DNA of 64,000 bases from contig CM075985.1 of the NCBI GenBank assembly GCA_038087875.1, forward strand, positions 25,110,001 to 25,174,000. Reading direction: 5' to 3'. The position numbers and the translations under genes are program-made. Below, in pieces: positions 57,001-63,121 of the stretch (position 1 is its first letter; every line of letters begins with the position of its first letter). The DNA is from Malacoraja senta (Eukaryota). The notes beneath the pieces were generated by a model that worked only from the letters and a program-made list of their open reading frames with translations, did not search any database and was not told where the DNA came from.

Positions 57001-60000
57001 CTGACTGATGAAGGTCAATGTGCTAAAATACTTCTTGACCACCTTATCTACCTGTGACGCCACTTTCAAGGATCTATGTACCTGCATTCCTAGATCCCTC
57101 TGCTCTACCACACTCCCGAGAGACCTGCAACCCACTGAAGATCCATAGTTAGACTTCCAAAAATACAACATCTCGCCTTTACCTGCATTAAACACCATTA
57201 ACCATTCCCCTGCCCACTTATACAACTGATCAAGATCCTGCTGTAACCTTTGATAACCATCTTCACTATATATAATACCACCCACTTCAGTGTAATCTGC
57301 AAACTTACTAATCCAGACAAATATTAGGTGATGCACTTGAGAATAATAATAAGAGTAGAACATATATATAGAATGGTTGGGCCTGTTGAACAGAGTAAAT
57401 GAAGGGGCAGTTGAGGGGCAATGGACAACACCCCTGCATCATGCTTCCAGAGAGCAGTGTTCAATCCTGACCTTAGATGCTCCTAGTGAATGCTTGGGAT
57501 TCCTCCACATGCCAAGCCCTTGCTGGTTGGGAGAATGTTAAAGTACCCTTTGTGTAAATTGGTGGCAGGAAAATGGGCACAGTTGGGGGAGAGTTAATGA
57601 CAATAAAAGGAAAAACAACATTGAATTAGTGGAAATGAATTTTTGATGGTCTGTGTAATCACAATATGCTGAAGGGCCCATTTCCCTGCTGTATGATAAT
57701 AACTCTACCTTGTGGATCAAAAACAACAATTAGTACAGTCTTCTGAGGACAACATGGCCCACCTTAGCACATATGTCTTATCCTGTCAGCTACTTTTATT
57801 ATTTATTGTGCATGTTTATATCTTTAGTTGTTTTTCTTTTCTGACTCCTAAGTCTCCTGTTTGACAGTTTAATATTAAGCAGCAGAACATGAGATCTGTG
57901 ACATTTTTTAGGCTTCAAAGCATCATCACAATCAATATTGCACCACTAACCCGTAGCCTCCACGGGAGGTGTGGTCCACCAACTCAACCCGTTGCCGAAC
58001 GTAAGATTGCAGCACTCCCCTGCCTCCCCCAGCACTGGGCTTTAAAAAAAAAATTCCAATTGCACTTCCCCAATTGCAATACCAATTGACCCTTCCCCTC
58101 CTGTCCTGCCAGGATCTATGATGGCAACATTGTTGCAAATGTCGGGTGGAGTGCTGTGATATCCCATTCAGGTGAAACATTGGTGGAAGCACAGAGTGTT
58201 CATGTATTGCAAATTTGTATCAATTTGTTGGAAGCTAGCAGGAATGATTTTAACAGTAAAAATCTTGTTAAAGTTGGCTTTTTTAAACCTTGAAATATCA
58301 ATAACGTGAAATATAGCAGCAAATCTTAAGTGAAACTGATTACGACATGGAGGGGGGAAATGTGCGTCAGAATATGTAAAAATTTCAGCGCTAGCATTTT
58401 GAGGAAGATACAAACATACATACAACACACACACATACATGATGAGACTTTTATAGGTATATAGATATCAGGTAGAAATTGGGAAACATTAAAATATTTG
58501 TGATGGATACATTACCATTCTTTACAGTCACAATATATTTTTTCGCCTGGCTGCAATATTTCTTCATGGTAGTAACATGTGCAATTTGGTAAGTTGACAC
58601 ACTCTAATATATTTTCATCCAAATAGGGAGCACTTACTGGGCATTTTGCATAACAACCTATATACAAGAATAAAAAGCATTGTGTGATGATGAGATTTTT
58701 AGAATTGCACACAGACACATTTTTTTTAAAGTTATTTGTTACAGTTGGGTTTACATTAATATTCTCAACCTTATTCCTGATTCATAAATGTTCCATTCTT
58801 GATTAGTTCCACAAAGTGAAAAGCATATTAAAATTGCAAATTAATTAAAAACCAAGCAAATCTCTTTAGTTTAGTTTAGTTTAGACAGTGCTGAAACTAT
58901 CCTACACACTGGGGATAATTTACAATTTTAACCAAAGCCAATTAACTTACAAATCTGTTTAACGTACAAATTCTGTACAGTCAGCAGCTGTAGTCAGGAT
59001 CGAACCCGGTTCTCTGGTGCTGTGAGGAAGCAACTCTACTGGTTTGCCACTGTGCCTGCCCCAAATAGGACCAGAATTTCCAGCCACTGTTGAACTGCTA
59101 GAGTTTACCAAAGCCATTGTGGTAAATTCACACTTACTGTCAATATCAACTGACTGCAAAGTGACAAGTTCTTTAGCAGATCCCCCAGCATGGATAATAT
59201 TTGCCGTTTTGTATCCAATCACTGCTGAAGAGCTACATCAGCTCTTTCAATGATTTGGATGAGAACATACATCGCAAGACTAACAAGTTTGCAGATGATG
59301 CAAAAGTGGGTGGTTGAGCAGATAGTGATGGTGGTTGTAAAAAATTCCAGCAGGATCTTGATCAATTGGCCAAGTAGGCTGAGGAATGGTTGATGGAATT
59401 TTATGCAGTAAAATGTGAGGTGTTGTATTTTGGGAAGTCTAACATAGGCAGGACCAACACAGTGAATGGTAGGACTCTGGTTAGTGTTGTAAAGCAGAGG
59501 GATCTAGGAGTGCAGCTGCATAGTTCCCTGAAGATGGAGTTGCAGGTGGATCAGGTGGTCAAAAAGGCTTTTGGCACATTGGCCTTCATCAGCCAGTATT
59601 GAGTATAGAAGTTGGGAGGTCATGTTGCCATTGTATATGATGTTGCTGAAGTGACATTTTGAATATTGTGTTCATTTCTGGGCATCGTGTTTTAGGAATG
59701 ATGTTGTCAAGCTGGAAAGGGTAAAGAAAAGATTTACAAAGATGTTGCCAGGACTAGAAGGTCGGAGCTATAAGCAGCAGTTGAGTAGGCTGTGACTCTA
59801 TTCCTTCGAGCGGAGGAGGATGAGGGATGATCATATAGAGGTGTATAAGATCATGGGAGGAATAGATCAGCTCGATACACAGATTATCTTGCCCAGGTGA
59901 ATCGAGGACCAGAGAACATAGGTATAAGATGAAGAGGAAAAGATTTAATAAGAATCTGAGAGGTAAATTTTTCACACAAAGGGTGGTGCATGTATGGAAC

Positions 60001-61313
60001 TAGCTGTCAGAAGAGGTCGTTGAAGCAGGGACTATCCCAATATTTAAGAAAAAGACAGGTACATGGATAGGACAGGTTTGGACCAAATGCTGGCAGGTGG
60101 GACTAGTGTTGCTGGGACATGTTGACCGGTGTGGGCAAGTTGGGCCAAAGGACTCTAAGAGCAACTAGCATTTTTGGACCTTTACATATTTCAGGCATAA
60201 AACTGCATGAATCCATAACCTCTTGACAATTACGTGGATTATTGCTAACAATTCAATTTGTAATTGTGAGCACATCCTTGCAAAATCTACTTCTTTATTT
60301 TTTGTTGTGTATGCGGCTTATTATTTCCTATTCACAAATGCTCTTGAGAAGGGAGCAGTAAATCACCATCATCAGAAAGTGGAGATACACCAAATCACCC
60401 ATCTGCCAATTACCCCTCCTTACCCGTATCCACCTATCACTTGCAAGATATTGCCTGACCCCTGCAGTTCTTTACTAGCTTTTGCCTCTCTACACCATCA
60501 GTTTGTAGAAGGGTCCCGACCCTCATAGTCTGACCATTTCTCTCCACAGATGCTGCATGATCCACAGTTCATTGAGCACATTTGTTTTTTTGGTCAAGAT
60601 TCCAGCCTCTGCAAATTCTTGTGTCTCTAAACTAGGTGAACATGTTCCTGGTGGGAAAATACTTTCCTTCTAATTGAGAATGCATTGTGGATTGCATTTT
60701 CCAGGTGTTTTGTAACAGAACAAACCTGAGCAATTTTTCACGTAGTGGAAACAAACTATGCAGTCTGGATTGCAGACCTCTGAAGGAATCCTAGCTGTAT
60801 CATTGATTCATCATTGATTCATCACTTTTGAATGAATGTGGTTGTAAAAGCTTCAGCTTTGTCCATAGCATCACATTCTGGGTTTAAAAGTGATAATTCA
60901 TTGTACATTAGATGTAAACTTTTTTTACGTTTCTATCAAGGTATCAAATTGTGCCATAATATAGTATTATATATATATATATATATATATATAGTTGTGT
61001 ATATATATATATATACATACATACACACACTGTAGGTAGACACAAAATGCTGGAGTAACCCGAAACGTCACCCATTCCTTCTCTCCAGAGATACTGCCCG
61101 TCCCGTTGAGTTACTCCAGCATTTTGTGTCTACCTTCGATTTAACCAGTATCTGCAGTTCTTTCCTATATATAGGTATGGATTTAACCTTCAAGTATTGC
61201 AGAGAACTTTTTCCCAATGTAATGATCCGAGCATGTTCTTGTTGTTAATGTTCCACAAGGGTGATAGTGCCAGCTGTATTCTTCAGGTTTGTTATAATAG
61301 TCACAATATACAG
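1..61313 (-). CDS. MUC19: Gel-forming mucin gene, MUC19-like (partial, multi-exon; D3 C-terminus plus micro-exon-encoded PTS domain; continues beyond both window ends)
   Basis: Phase-compatible GT-AG exons splice into PVYCDYYN...WHYHPCG...[18 protein letters not shown]...CVC...EC, matching my recollection of MUC19 TIL3/E3, followed by ~70 Thr/Ser/Pro micro-exons. Orthology is from recall, not a search. Confidence 0.8.
404..457 (-). CDS. Exon A, 54 nt: (A)[17 protein letters not shown]
   Basis: ctttcccttgttctccag acceptor (NAGNAG), G|gtgagt donor. Confidence 0.85.
820..1310 (+). mobile_element. Old, internally deleted CR1 LINE relic in the B-A intron of every unit (first copy shown; diverged copy ~49670-50160)
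   Basis: agtaagtttgcagatgacaccaag (SKFADDTK), ttggttaggccacatttgaagtattgcgtgcagttttggtct (LVRPHL-YCVQFWS), agagggcacagctttaagg (RGHSFK). Confidence 0.85.
1458..1505 (-). CDS. Exon B, 48 nt: (V)[15 protein letters not shown]
   Basis: cttttgttttcccag acceptor, G|gtaagt donor. Confidence 0.85.
1884..1925 (-). CDS. Exon C, 42 nt: (G)[13 protein letters not shown]
   Basis: First AG (caacag) after pyrimidine tract; G|gtaagt donor; acceptor atypical. Confidence 0.68.
2316..2369 (-). CDS. Exon A (TSFTS variant)
   Basis: Copy of exon A, splice sites intact. Confidence 0.85.
3361..3408 (-). CDS. Exon B (THHPPP variant)
   Basis: Copy of exon B, splice sites intact. Confidence 0.85.
3784..3825 (-). 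CDS. Exon C
   Basis: Copy of exon C. Confidence 0.68.
4097..4638 (+). mobile_element. Young 5'-truncated CR1 LINE (ORF2 C-terminus plus 3' UTR)
   Basis: Open 144-aa ORF ESVQRR-TRLIPG...[20 protein letters not shown]...LWNSL; ttctatgt-type tail; absent from other units. Confidence 0.95.
4817..4870 (-). CDS. Exon A (EPSTT variant, acceptor ttcgtcag)
   Basis: Copy of exon A. Confidence 0.83.
5599..5640 (-). CDS. Exon C
   Basis: Copy of exon C. Confidence 0.68.
6032..6085 (-). CDS. Exon A
   Basis: Copy of exon A. Confidence 0.85.
7086..7133 (-). CDS. Exon B
   Basis: Copy of exon B. Confidence 0.85.
7512..7553 (-). CDS. Exon C
   Basis: Copy of exon C. Confidence 0.68.
7944..7997 (-). CDS. 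Exon A (chimeric EPSTT + TSFTS variant)
   Basis: Copy of exon A. Confidence 0.83.
8726..8767 (-). CDS. Exon C
   Basis: Copy of exon C. Confidence 0.68.
9159..9212 (-). CDS. Exon A
   Basis: Copy of exon A. Confidence 0.85.
10214..10261 (-). CDS. Exon B
   Basis: Copy of exon B. Confidence 0.85.
10640..10681 (-). CDS. Exon C
   Basis: Copy of exon C. Confidence 0.68.
11074..11127 (-). CDS. Exon A
   Basis: Copy of exon A. Confidence 0.85.
12127..12174 (-). CDS. Exon B
   Basis: Copy of exon B. Confidence 0.85.
12553..12594 (-). CDS. Exon C
   Basis: Copy of exon C. Confidence 0.68.
12985..13038 (-). CDS. Exon A (TSFTS variant)
   Basis: Copy of exon A. Confidence 0.85.
14033..14080 (-). CDS. 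Exon B (THHPPP variant)
   Basis: Copy of exon B. Confidence 0.85.
14456..14497 (-). CDS. Exon C
   Basis: Copy of exon C. Confidence 0.68.
14889..14942 (-). CDS. Exon A (PTTSS variant)
   Basis: Copy of exon A. Confidence 0.85.
15671..15712 (-). CDS. Exon C
   Basis: Copy of exon C. Confidence 0.68.
16104..16157 (-). CDS. Exon A
   Basis: Copy of exon A. Confidence 0.85.
17158..17205 (-). CDS. Exon B
   Basis: Copy of exon B. Confidence 0.85.
17584..17625 (-). CDS. Exon C
   Basis: Copy of exon C. Confidence 0.68.
18016..18069 (-). CDS. Exon A (chimeric EPSTT + TSFTS variant)
   Basis: Copy of exon A. Confidence 0.83.
18798..18839 (-). CDS. Exon C
   Basis: Copy of exon C. Confidence 0.68.
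19231..19284 (-). CDS. Exon A
   Basis: Copy of exon A. Confidence 0.85.
20286..20333 (-). CDS. Exon B
   Basis: Copy of exon B. Confidence 0.85.
20712..20753 (-). CDS. Exon C
   Basis: Copy of exon C. Confidence 0.68.
21145..21198 (-). CDS. Exon A (TSFTS variant)
   Basis: Copy of exon A. Confidence 0.85.
22196..22243 (-). CDS. Exon B (THHPPP variant)
   Basis: Copy of exon B. Confidence 0.85.
22610..22651 (-). CDS. Exon C
   Basis: Copy of exon C. Confidence 0.68.
23043..23096 (-). CDS. Exon A
   Basis: Copy of exon A; upstream intron shortened by deletion. Confidence 0.8.
23530..23577 (-). CDS. Exon B
   Basis: Copy of exon B. Confidence 0.85.
23956..23997 (-). CDS. Exon C
   Basis: Copy of exon C. 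Confidence 0.68.
24390..24443 (-). CDS. Exon A
   Basis: Copy of exon A. Confidence 0.85.
25443..25490 (-). CDS. Exon B
   Basis: Copy of exon B; peptide [17 protein letters not shown] is visible in ORF 25435..25620. Confidence 0.85.
25867..25908 (-). CDS. Exon C (GITT variant)
   Basis: Copy of exon C. Confidence 0.68.
26180..26721 (+). mobile_element. Duplicate of the CR1 insertion at 4097
   Basis: Same junctions, offset 22,083 bp, about 7 substitutions by eye. Confidence 0.95.
26900..26953 (-). CDS. Exon A
   Basis: Copy of exon A. Confidence 0.85.
27953..28000 (-). CDS. Exon B (THHPPP variant)
   Basis: Copy of exon B. Confidence 0.85.
28376..28417 (-). CDS. Exon C (TTMTP variant)
   Basis: Copy of exon C. 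Confidence 0.68.
28809..28862 (-). CDS. Exon A
   Basis: Copy of exon A. Confidence 0.85.
29859..29906 (-). CDS. Exon B (THHPPP variant)
   Basis: Copy of exon B. Confidence 0.85.
30282..30323 (-). CDS. Exon C
   Basis: Copy of exon C. Confidence 0.68.
30715..30768 (-). CDS. Exon A (PTTSS variant)
   Basis: Copy of exon A. Confidence 0.85.
31768..31815 (-). CDS. Exon B (weakened donor gtaaat)
   Basis: Copy of exon B; +5 G>A in donor. Confidence 0.7.
32194..32235 (-). CDS. Exon C
   Basis: Copy of exon C. Confidence 0.68.
32442..32455 (-). pseudogene. Truncated exon A (acceptor kept, donor deleted)
   Basis: Only tgtagttggctctg remains; ~240 bp deletion with templated insert; read-through hits TGA. 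Confidence 0.75.
33453..33500 (-). CDS. Exon B (PPPNSTS variant)
   Basis: Copy of exon B. Confidence 0.85.
33869..33910 (-). CDS. Exon C
   Basis: Copy of exon C. Confidence 0.68.
34302..34355 (-). CDS. Exon A
   Basis: Copy of exon A. Confidence 0.83.
35354..35401 (-). CDS. Exon B (THHPPP variant)
   Basis: Copy of exon B. Confidence 0.85.
35777..35818 (-). CDS. Exon C
   Basis: Copy of exon C. Confidence 0.68.
36211..36264 (-). CDS. Exon A
   Basis: Copy of exon A. Confidence 0.85.
37264..37311 (-). CDS. Exon B
   Basis: Copy of exon B. Confidence 0.85.
37690..37731 (-). CDS. Exon C
   Basis: Copy of exon C. Confidence 0.68.
37938..37951 (-). pseudogene. Truncated exon A (second copy of the same lesion)
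   Basis: Identical junction to 32442, offset 5,496 bp. Confidence 0.75.
38948..38995 (-). CDS. Exon B (THHPPP variant)
   Basis: Copy of exon B. Confidence 0.85.
39374..39415 (-). CDS. Exon C
   Basis: Copy of exon C. Confidence 0.68.
39806..39859 (-). CDS. Exon A
   Basis: Copy of exon A. Confidence 0.83.
40860..40907 (-). CDS. Exon B
   Basis: Copy of exon B. Confidence 0.85.
41286..41327 (-). CDS. Exon C
   Basis: Copy of exon C. Confidence 0.68.
41717..41770 (-). CDS. Exon A
   Basis: Copy of exon A. Confidence 0.85.
42766..42813 (-). CDS. Exon B (THHPPP variant)
   Basis: Copy of exon B. Confidence 0.85.
43191..43232 (-). CDS. Exon C
   Basis: Copy of exon C. Confidence 0.68.
43624..43677 (-). 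CDS. Exon A ([10 protein letters not shown] variant)
   Basis: Copy of exon A. Confidence 0.85.
44664..44711 (-). CDS. Exon B
   Basis: Copy of exon B. Confidence 0.83.
44939..44992 (-). CDS. Exon A, boundary copy: (A)[17 protein letters not shown]
   Basis: ttatccag acceptor, G|gtgagt donor; Gypsy inserted 38 nt upstream. Confidence 0.78.
45031..45232 (+). repeat. 5' LTR (202 bp, TG...CA)
   Basis: tgtagcggcacctagtgg...ctagccaca; direct repeat of 49099-49334. Confidence 0.93.
45234..45244 (+). promoter_or_regulatory. Primer-binding site, tRNA-Trp type
   Basis: tggtgaccccg, 1 nt after the LTR; matches the first 11 nt of the tRNA-Trp PBS TGGTGACCCCGACGTGAT. Confidence 0.8.
45310..48960 (+). 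pseudogene. Gypsy gag-pol, disrupted
   Basis: Gag [17 protein letters not shown]; protease FLVDFGA; [27 protein letters not shown], YxDD destroyed (stop-LDN); RNase H VDASD; integrase [34 protein letters not shown]. Confidence 0.93.
49087..49095 (+). promoter_or_regulatory. Polypurine tract
   Basis: agggggggg 3 nt before the 3' LTR. Confidence 0.8.
49099..49334 (+). repeat. 3' LTR (236 bp; terminal CA mutated to AA)
   Basis: Direct repeat of the 5' LTR plus 34 bp. Confidence 0.93.
50306..50353 (-). CDS. Diverged B-type PTS micro-exon, 48 nt: (V)[15 protein letters not shown]
   Basis: ttttcccag acceptor, G|gtaagt donor. Confidence 0.82.
50428..50540 (-). mobile_element. CR1 3'-end fragment
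   Basis: agaaacatagaaacatagaaaataggtgcaggagtaggccattcggccc is the reverse complement of the CR1 tail seen at 4580-4638. Confidence 0.85.
50691..50701 (-). pseudogene. Remnant of a B-type exon (acceptor kept, donor deleted)
   Basis: tgcagttgtaa|ctgggaaaa fused to CR1 sequence gattagtaagtttgcag through shared tgcag. Confidence 0.6.
51119..51175 (-). CDS. Diverged A-like PTS micro-exon, 57 nt: (A)[18 protein letters not shown]
   Basis: tttctttgttccccag acceptor, G|gtaaga donor. Confidence 0.82.
51593..51640 (-). CDS. Diverged C-like PTS micro-exon, 48 nt: (V)[15 protein letters not shown]
   Basis: ttttctctttctcacaacag acceptor, G|gtaagt donor. Confidence 0.82.
52040..52270 (+). mobile_element. 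Degenerate CR1 fragment
   Basis: [10 protein letters not shown]...cagagggtggtgagagcctggaacacattgcca. Confidence 0.75.
52590..53170 (+). mobile_element. Degenerate CR1 fragment with 3' tail
   Basis: [26 protein letters not shown]; gaagggccgaatggcctactcctg + (ctattgt)n. Confidence 0.8.
54394..54420 (-). CDS. Mucin micro-exon, 27 nt, phase 1-1: (D)VSCTTPAN
   Basis: Acceptor tttcttgttctgcag, donor G|gtgagt; phase-compatible. Confidence 0.8.
54602..55200 (+). mobile_element. CR1 3' fragment
   Basis: [39 protein letters not shown]; ccttatga tail. Confidence 0.92.
55335..55366 (-). CDS. Mucin exon, 32 nt, phase 2-1: (C)[10 protein letters not shown] (end of E3)
   Basis: Acceptor ctattttttgcag, donor AG|gtaagc; completes the TG+C Cys codon and the CxC...C motif. 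Confidence 0.9.
55900..56300 (+). mobile_element. Highly degenerate CR1 RT fragment
   Basis: ttctgtctgactaatttgagtgatttt resembles SCLTNL-EFF; boundaries approximate. Confidence 0.45.
56390..57320 (-). mobile_element. CR1 3' fragment
   Basis: [40 protein letters not shown]. Confidence 0.92.
57416..57695 (+). mobile_element. Degenerate tRNA-derived SINE (HE1-like) with CR1-type tail
   Basis: B-box-like gtgttcaatcctgacc; tail gctgaagggcccatttccctgctgtat. Confidence 0.5.
58516..58657 (-). CDS. Mucin exon, 142 nt, phase 1-2: (G)[46 protein letters not shown](C) (TIL3/E3)
   Basis: Acceptor ttcttgtatatag, donor TG|gtaatg; lies within ORF 58512..58718. Confidence 0.93.
58865..59061 (-). mobile_element. 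tRNA-derived SINE (HE1-like), internally deleted
   Basis: Minus strand ggcacagtggc...gtagagttgc...gggttcgatcctgac (A/B boxes); (taaac)n tail. Confidence 0.75.
59240..60155 (+). mobile_element. CR1 3' fragment
   Basis: [28 protein letters not shown]; tail ggtgggactagtg...gggcaagttgggc. Confidence 0.92.
60390..60630 (+). mobile_element. Penelope-like terminal-repeat fragment
   Basis: cagtttgtagaagggtcccgaccc...cacagatgctgc...caagattccagcctctgca; family assignment from recall. Confidence 0.5.
60968..61030. repeat. (AT)n/(AC)n microsatellite
   Basis: Direct reading. Confidence 0.9.
61034..61135. repeat. Perfect 26-bp inverted repeat with 50-nt spacer (Penelope-like terminal fragment)
   Basis: aggtagacacaaaatgctggagtaac (61034-61059) / gttactccagcattttgtgtctacct (61110-61135). 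Confidence 0.9.
61188..61313 (-). CDS. Mucin exon, 126 nt, phase 1-1: (P)[41 protein letters not shown] (start of TIL3)
   Basis: Acceptor cttattttgcag, donor GAAG|gttaaa, open frame, CDYYN/WHY-PCG mucin D3 motif. Confidence 0.92.
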
Positions 61314-61899
61314 CTGCAAAATAAGAGTTACAATTTTGTTTTTATAGATTTAGAAAAAAGTCTAATTGACATAGAGTTATGAACTCACCTTTTTGTACAA
61401 AAGATAGCTATCTATTTAAAAAAAAAAAAATCTTATTACAAATAATCTTTAATATCCATCCTAAATCTTGTTCTCTTTTCATTCTACTAATTGATGGTAC
61501 CGTGGGTATTTTGGTGCAGTGAATTCTAAATTCCCACTAGCTTTTTATTTTCTGGATTCATTTTACCAATCTATTTATATTTAAAAAAAACATTTCCCTT
61601 CATTCTGAACCCTCTCTTATGGAAAGGCTAATATCTAGTCCGTTCTGTTGGTGCGGTTCATTATTTTAACTCCTTGGTTATATAATCATAAACTGTACAC
61701 CCAGACAAGTTAAGTCACAGTTATCAGGTTTCTTGCTGATTCAACTCCTTTCTTCCAGGTAATTTCTTGATAAATTGTCCCTTGATTGTTTTTCCATGAC
61801 AGTATATCCTTTTTAAGGTGGCATTCATGCTAAACAAAATCCCTGTGGTACTCAAAGAAACTGAATCCAAATGATCCAAAAAAATTATGGTACATAGAT

Positions 61900-63105
61900 G
61901 TCATCCTCTTAATGTCTCCATCTCTGCCTCATTTGTTCCCGAGATGAGGATTTCCACTAGGACATCCAAAATGTTATATTTTGTTATATTTTGTCAGTAA
62001 ACCGACCCCCCCCCCCTCCTCCCCCGTTCTTGTTGATGGAGCCCTCACCAGCGTCTCCTCTGTGTCCTGCGGCTCTGATCTCACTAATCCCTCCCCAGAG
62101 ATGGAACAAGAATAGAGCTCCCCTGGTCCTAACCGTTACTCCTATGACATTTCTGCCATCGTCCCACAATTGTCACTTATTCCCAGCCCTTTCTATTTTC
62201 TATTGAGATCACTCTCCTCACAACTCTTTTGTTCGCTCATCCCTTCCCAAAAAAACCTGCCCCCCCTCCTCGCTAGAAACTGAGCCCTGCAACTGCAGGA
62301 GATGTAACACCTGTCCCTACTCCTTCTTCTCAATTCATCCAGGGTCTCCAGGTGAGGCGTAGGTTCACTTGCTTGTCTTTCAGCCTCGCCTATTGCTTTC
62401 AGTGATCTCAATGTGGCCTTCTTTACATCAGCAAGATCAAGTCTAGACGACCATTTTACCAAACATTTGCGTATGTTGGCCAATGCCTGTTGAACCCCTC
62501 AGTTACTAACCATGTTAACTACCCTTCCCATTCCCATACTGACCTTTCTGTCCTTGGCCTCCTCCACTGTGAGAATAAGGCAACATGCAAATTGAAAGAA
62601 CAGCACCTCAAATTCCACCTGAGTTGCTTACACTCTAACAATATGAACGTTGAATTCTTCATTTTCACATAATACCCACATACCTTCACTCCTTTCCACC
62701 CCAAACCCTCACCTCTCCCCTACCACAGTGTTCTTGTGTTTATCCCATCACCCCTGAAAACCTGTTCCTTTGCCGTCCTTACTGCAGGTGCCATCTCCAA
62801 GTGCCTAATTTCCCTTTCATCTCCCCTAGTTTCCCTCCCTCCACTTGGTTCCCTCCACCCATATCCCTTTCTCTGACTTTACATTTCATTCCTCCTCCTC
62901 TTTTCTTATCTGACACCATTTTGTTTCCTTATCACCTCTAGCCTTTGTCGTTGTCTCCATCCATCAGCCAATCACCCAACACATACCTGAATTCACCTAT
63001 CAGTCTTTGCCCAATCCTCGCTTTTTTTTTCCAGCTTTCTCCCCCACTTGTCCATCAGTCTGAAGGTTTCCAACCTGAATCATCACCTGCCCATTTTGCA
63101 CTTGG
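61900..63105 (+). mobile_element. Penelope-like element relic with GIY-YIG endonuclease remnant
   Basis: RFTC..AYC..QCGLLYI..DHF-KHLR and NHVNYPSHSHTDLSVLGLLHC..KLKEQHL..MNVEF; pyrimidine-rich 3' region. Confidence 0.7.
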
Positions 63106-63121
63106 CTCATATCCTTCTAAA

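Noticed and set aside
58632-58640. Internal CCA|gtaagt donor-like site in the 142-nt exon
   Set aside because: Use would frameshift and remove conserved Cys residues; reads as normal PVS codons
61389-61411. Possible micro-exon (ttttaaatag...AAAAAG|gtgagt) 75 nt upstream of the TIL3 exon
   Set aside because: 19 or 23 nt is not frame-preserving and no mucin sequence is expected there; a poison exon cannot be excluded without RNA data
63056-63095. Active hammerhead ribozyme at Penelope-like termini (also ~60500)
   Set aside because: Core CTGAnGA/GAAA motifs are mutated or incomplete
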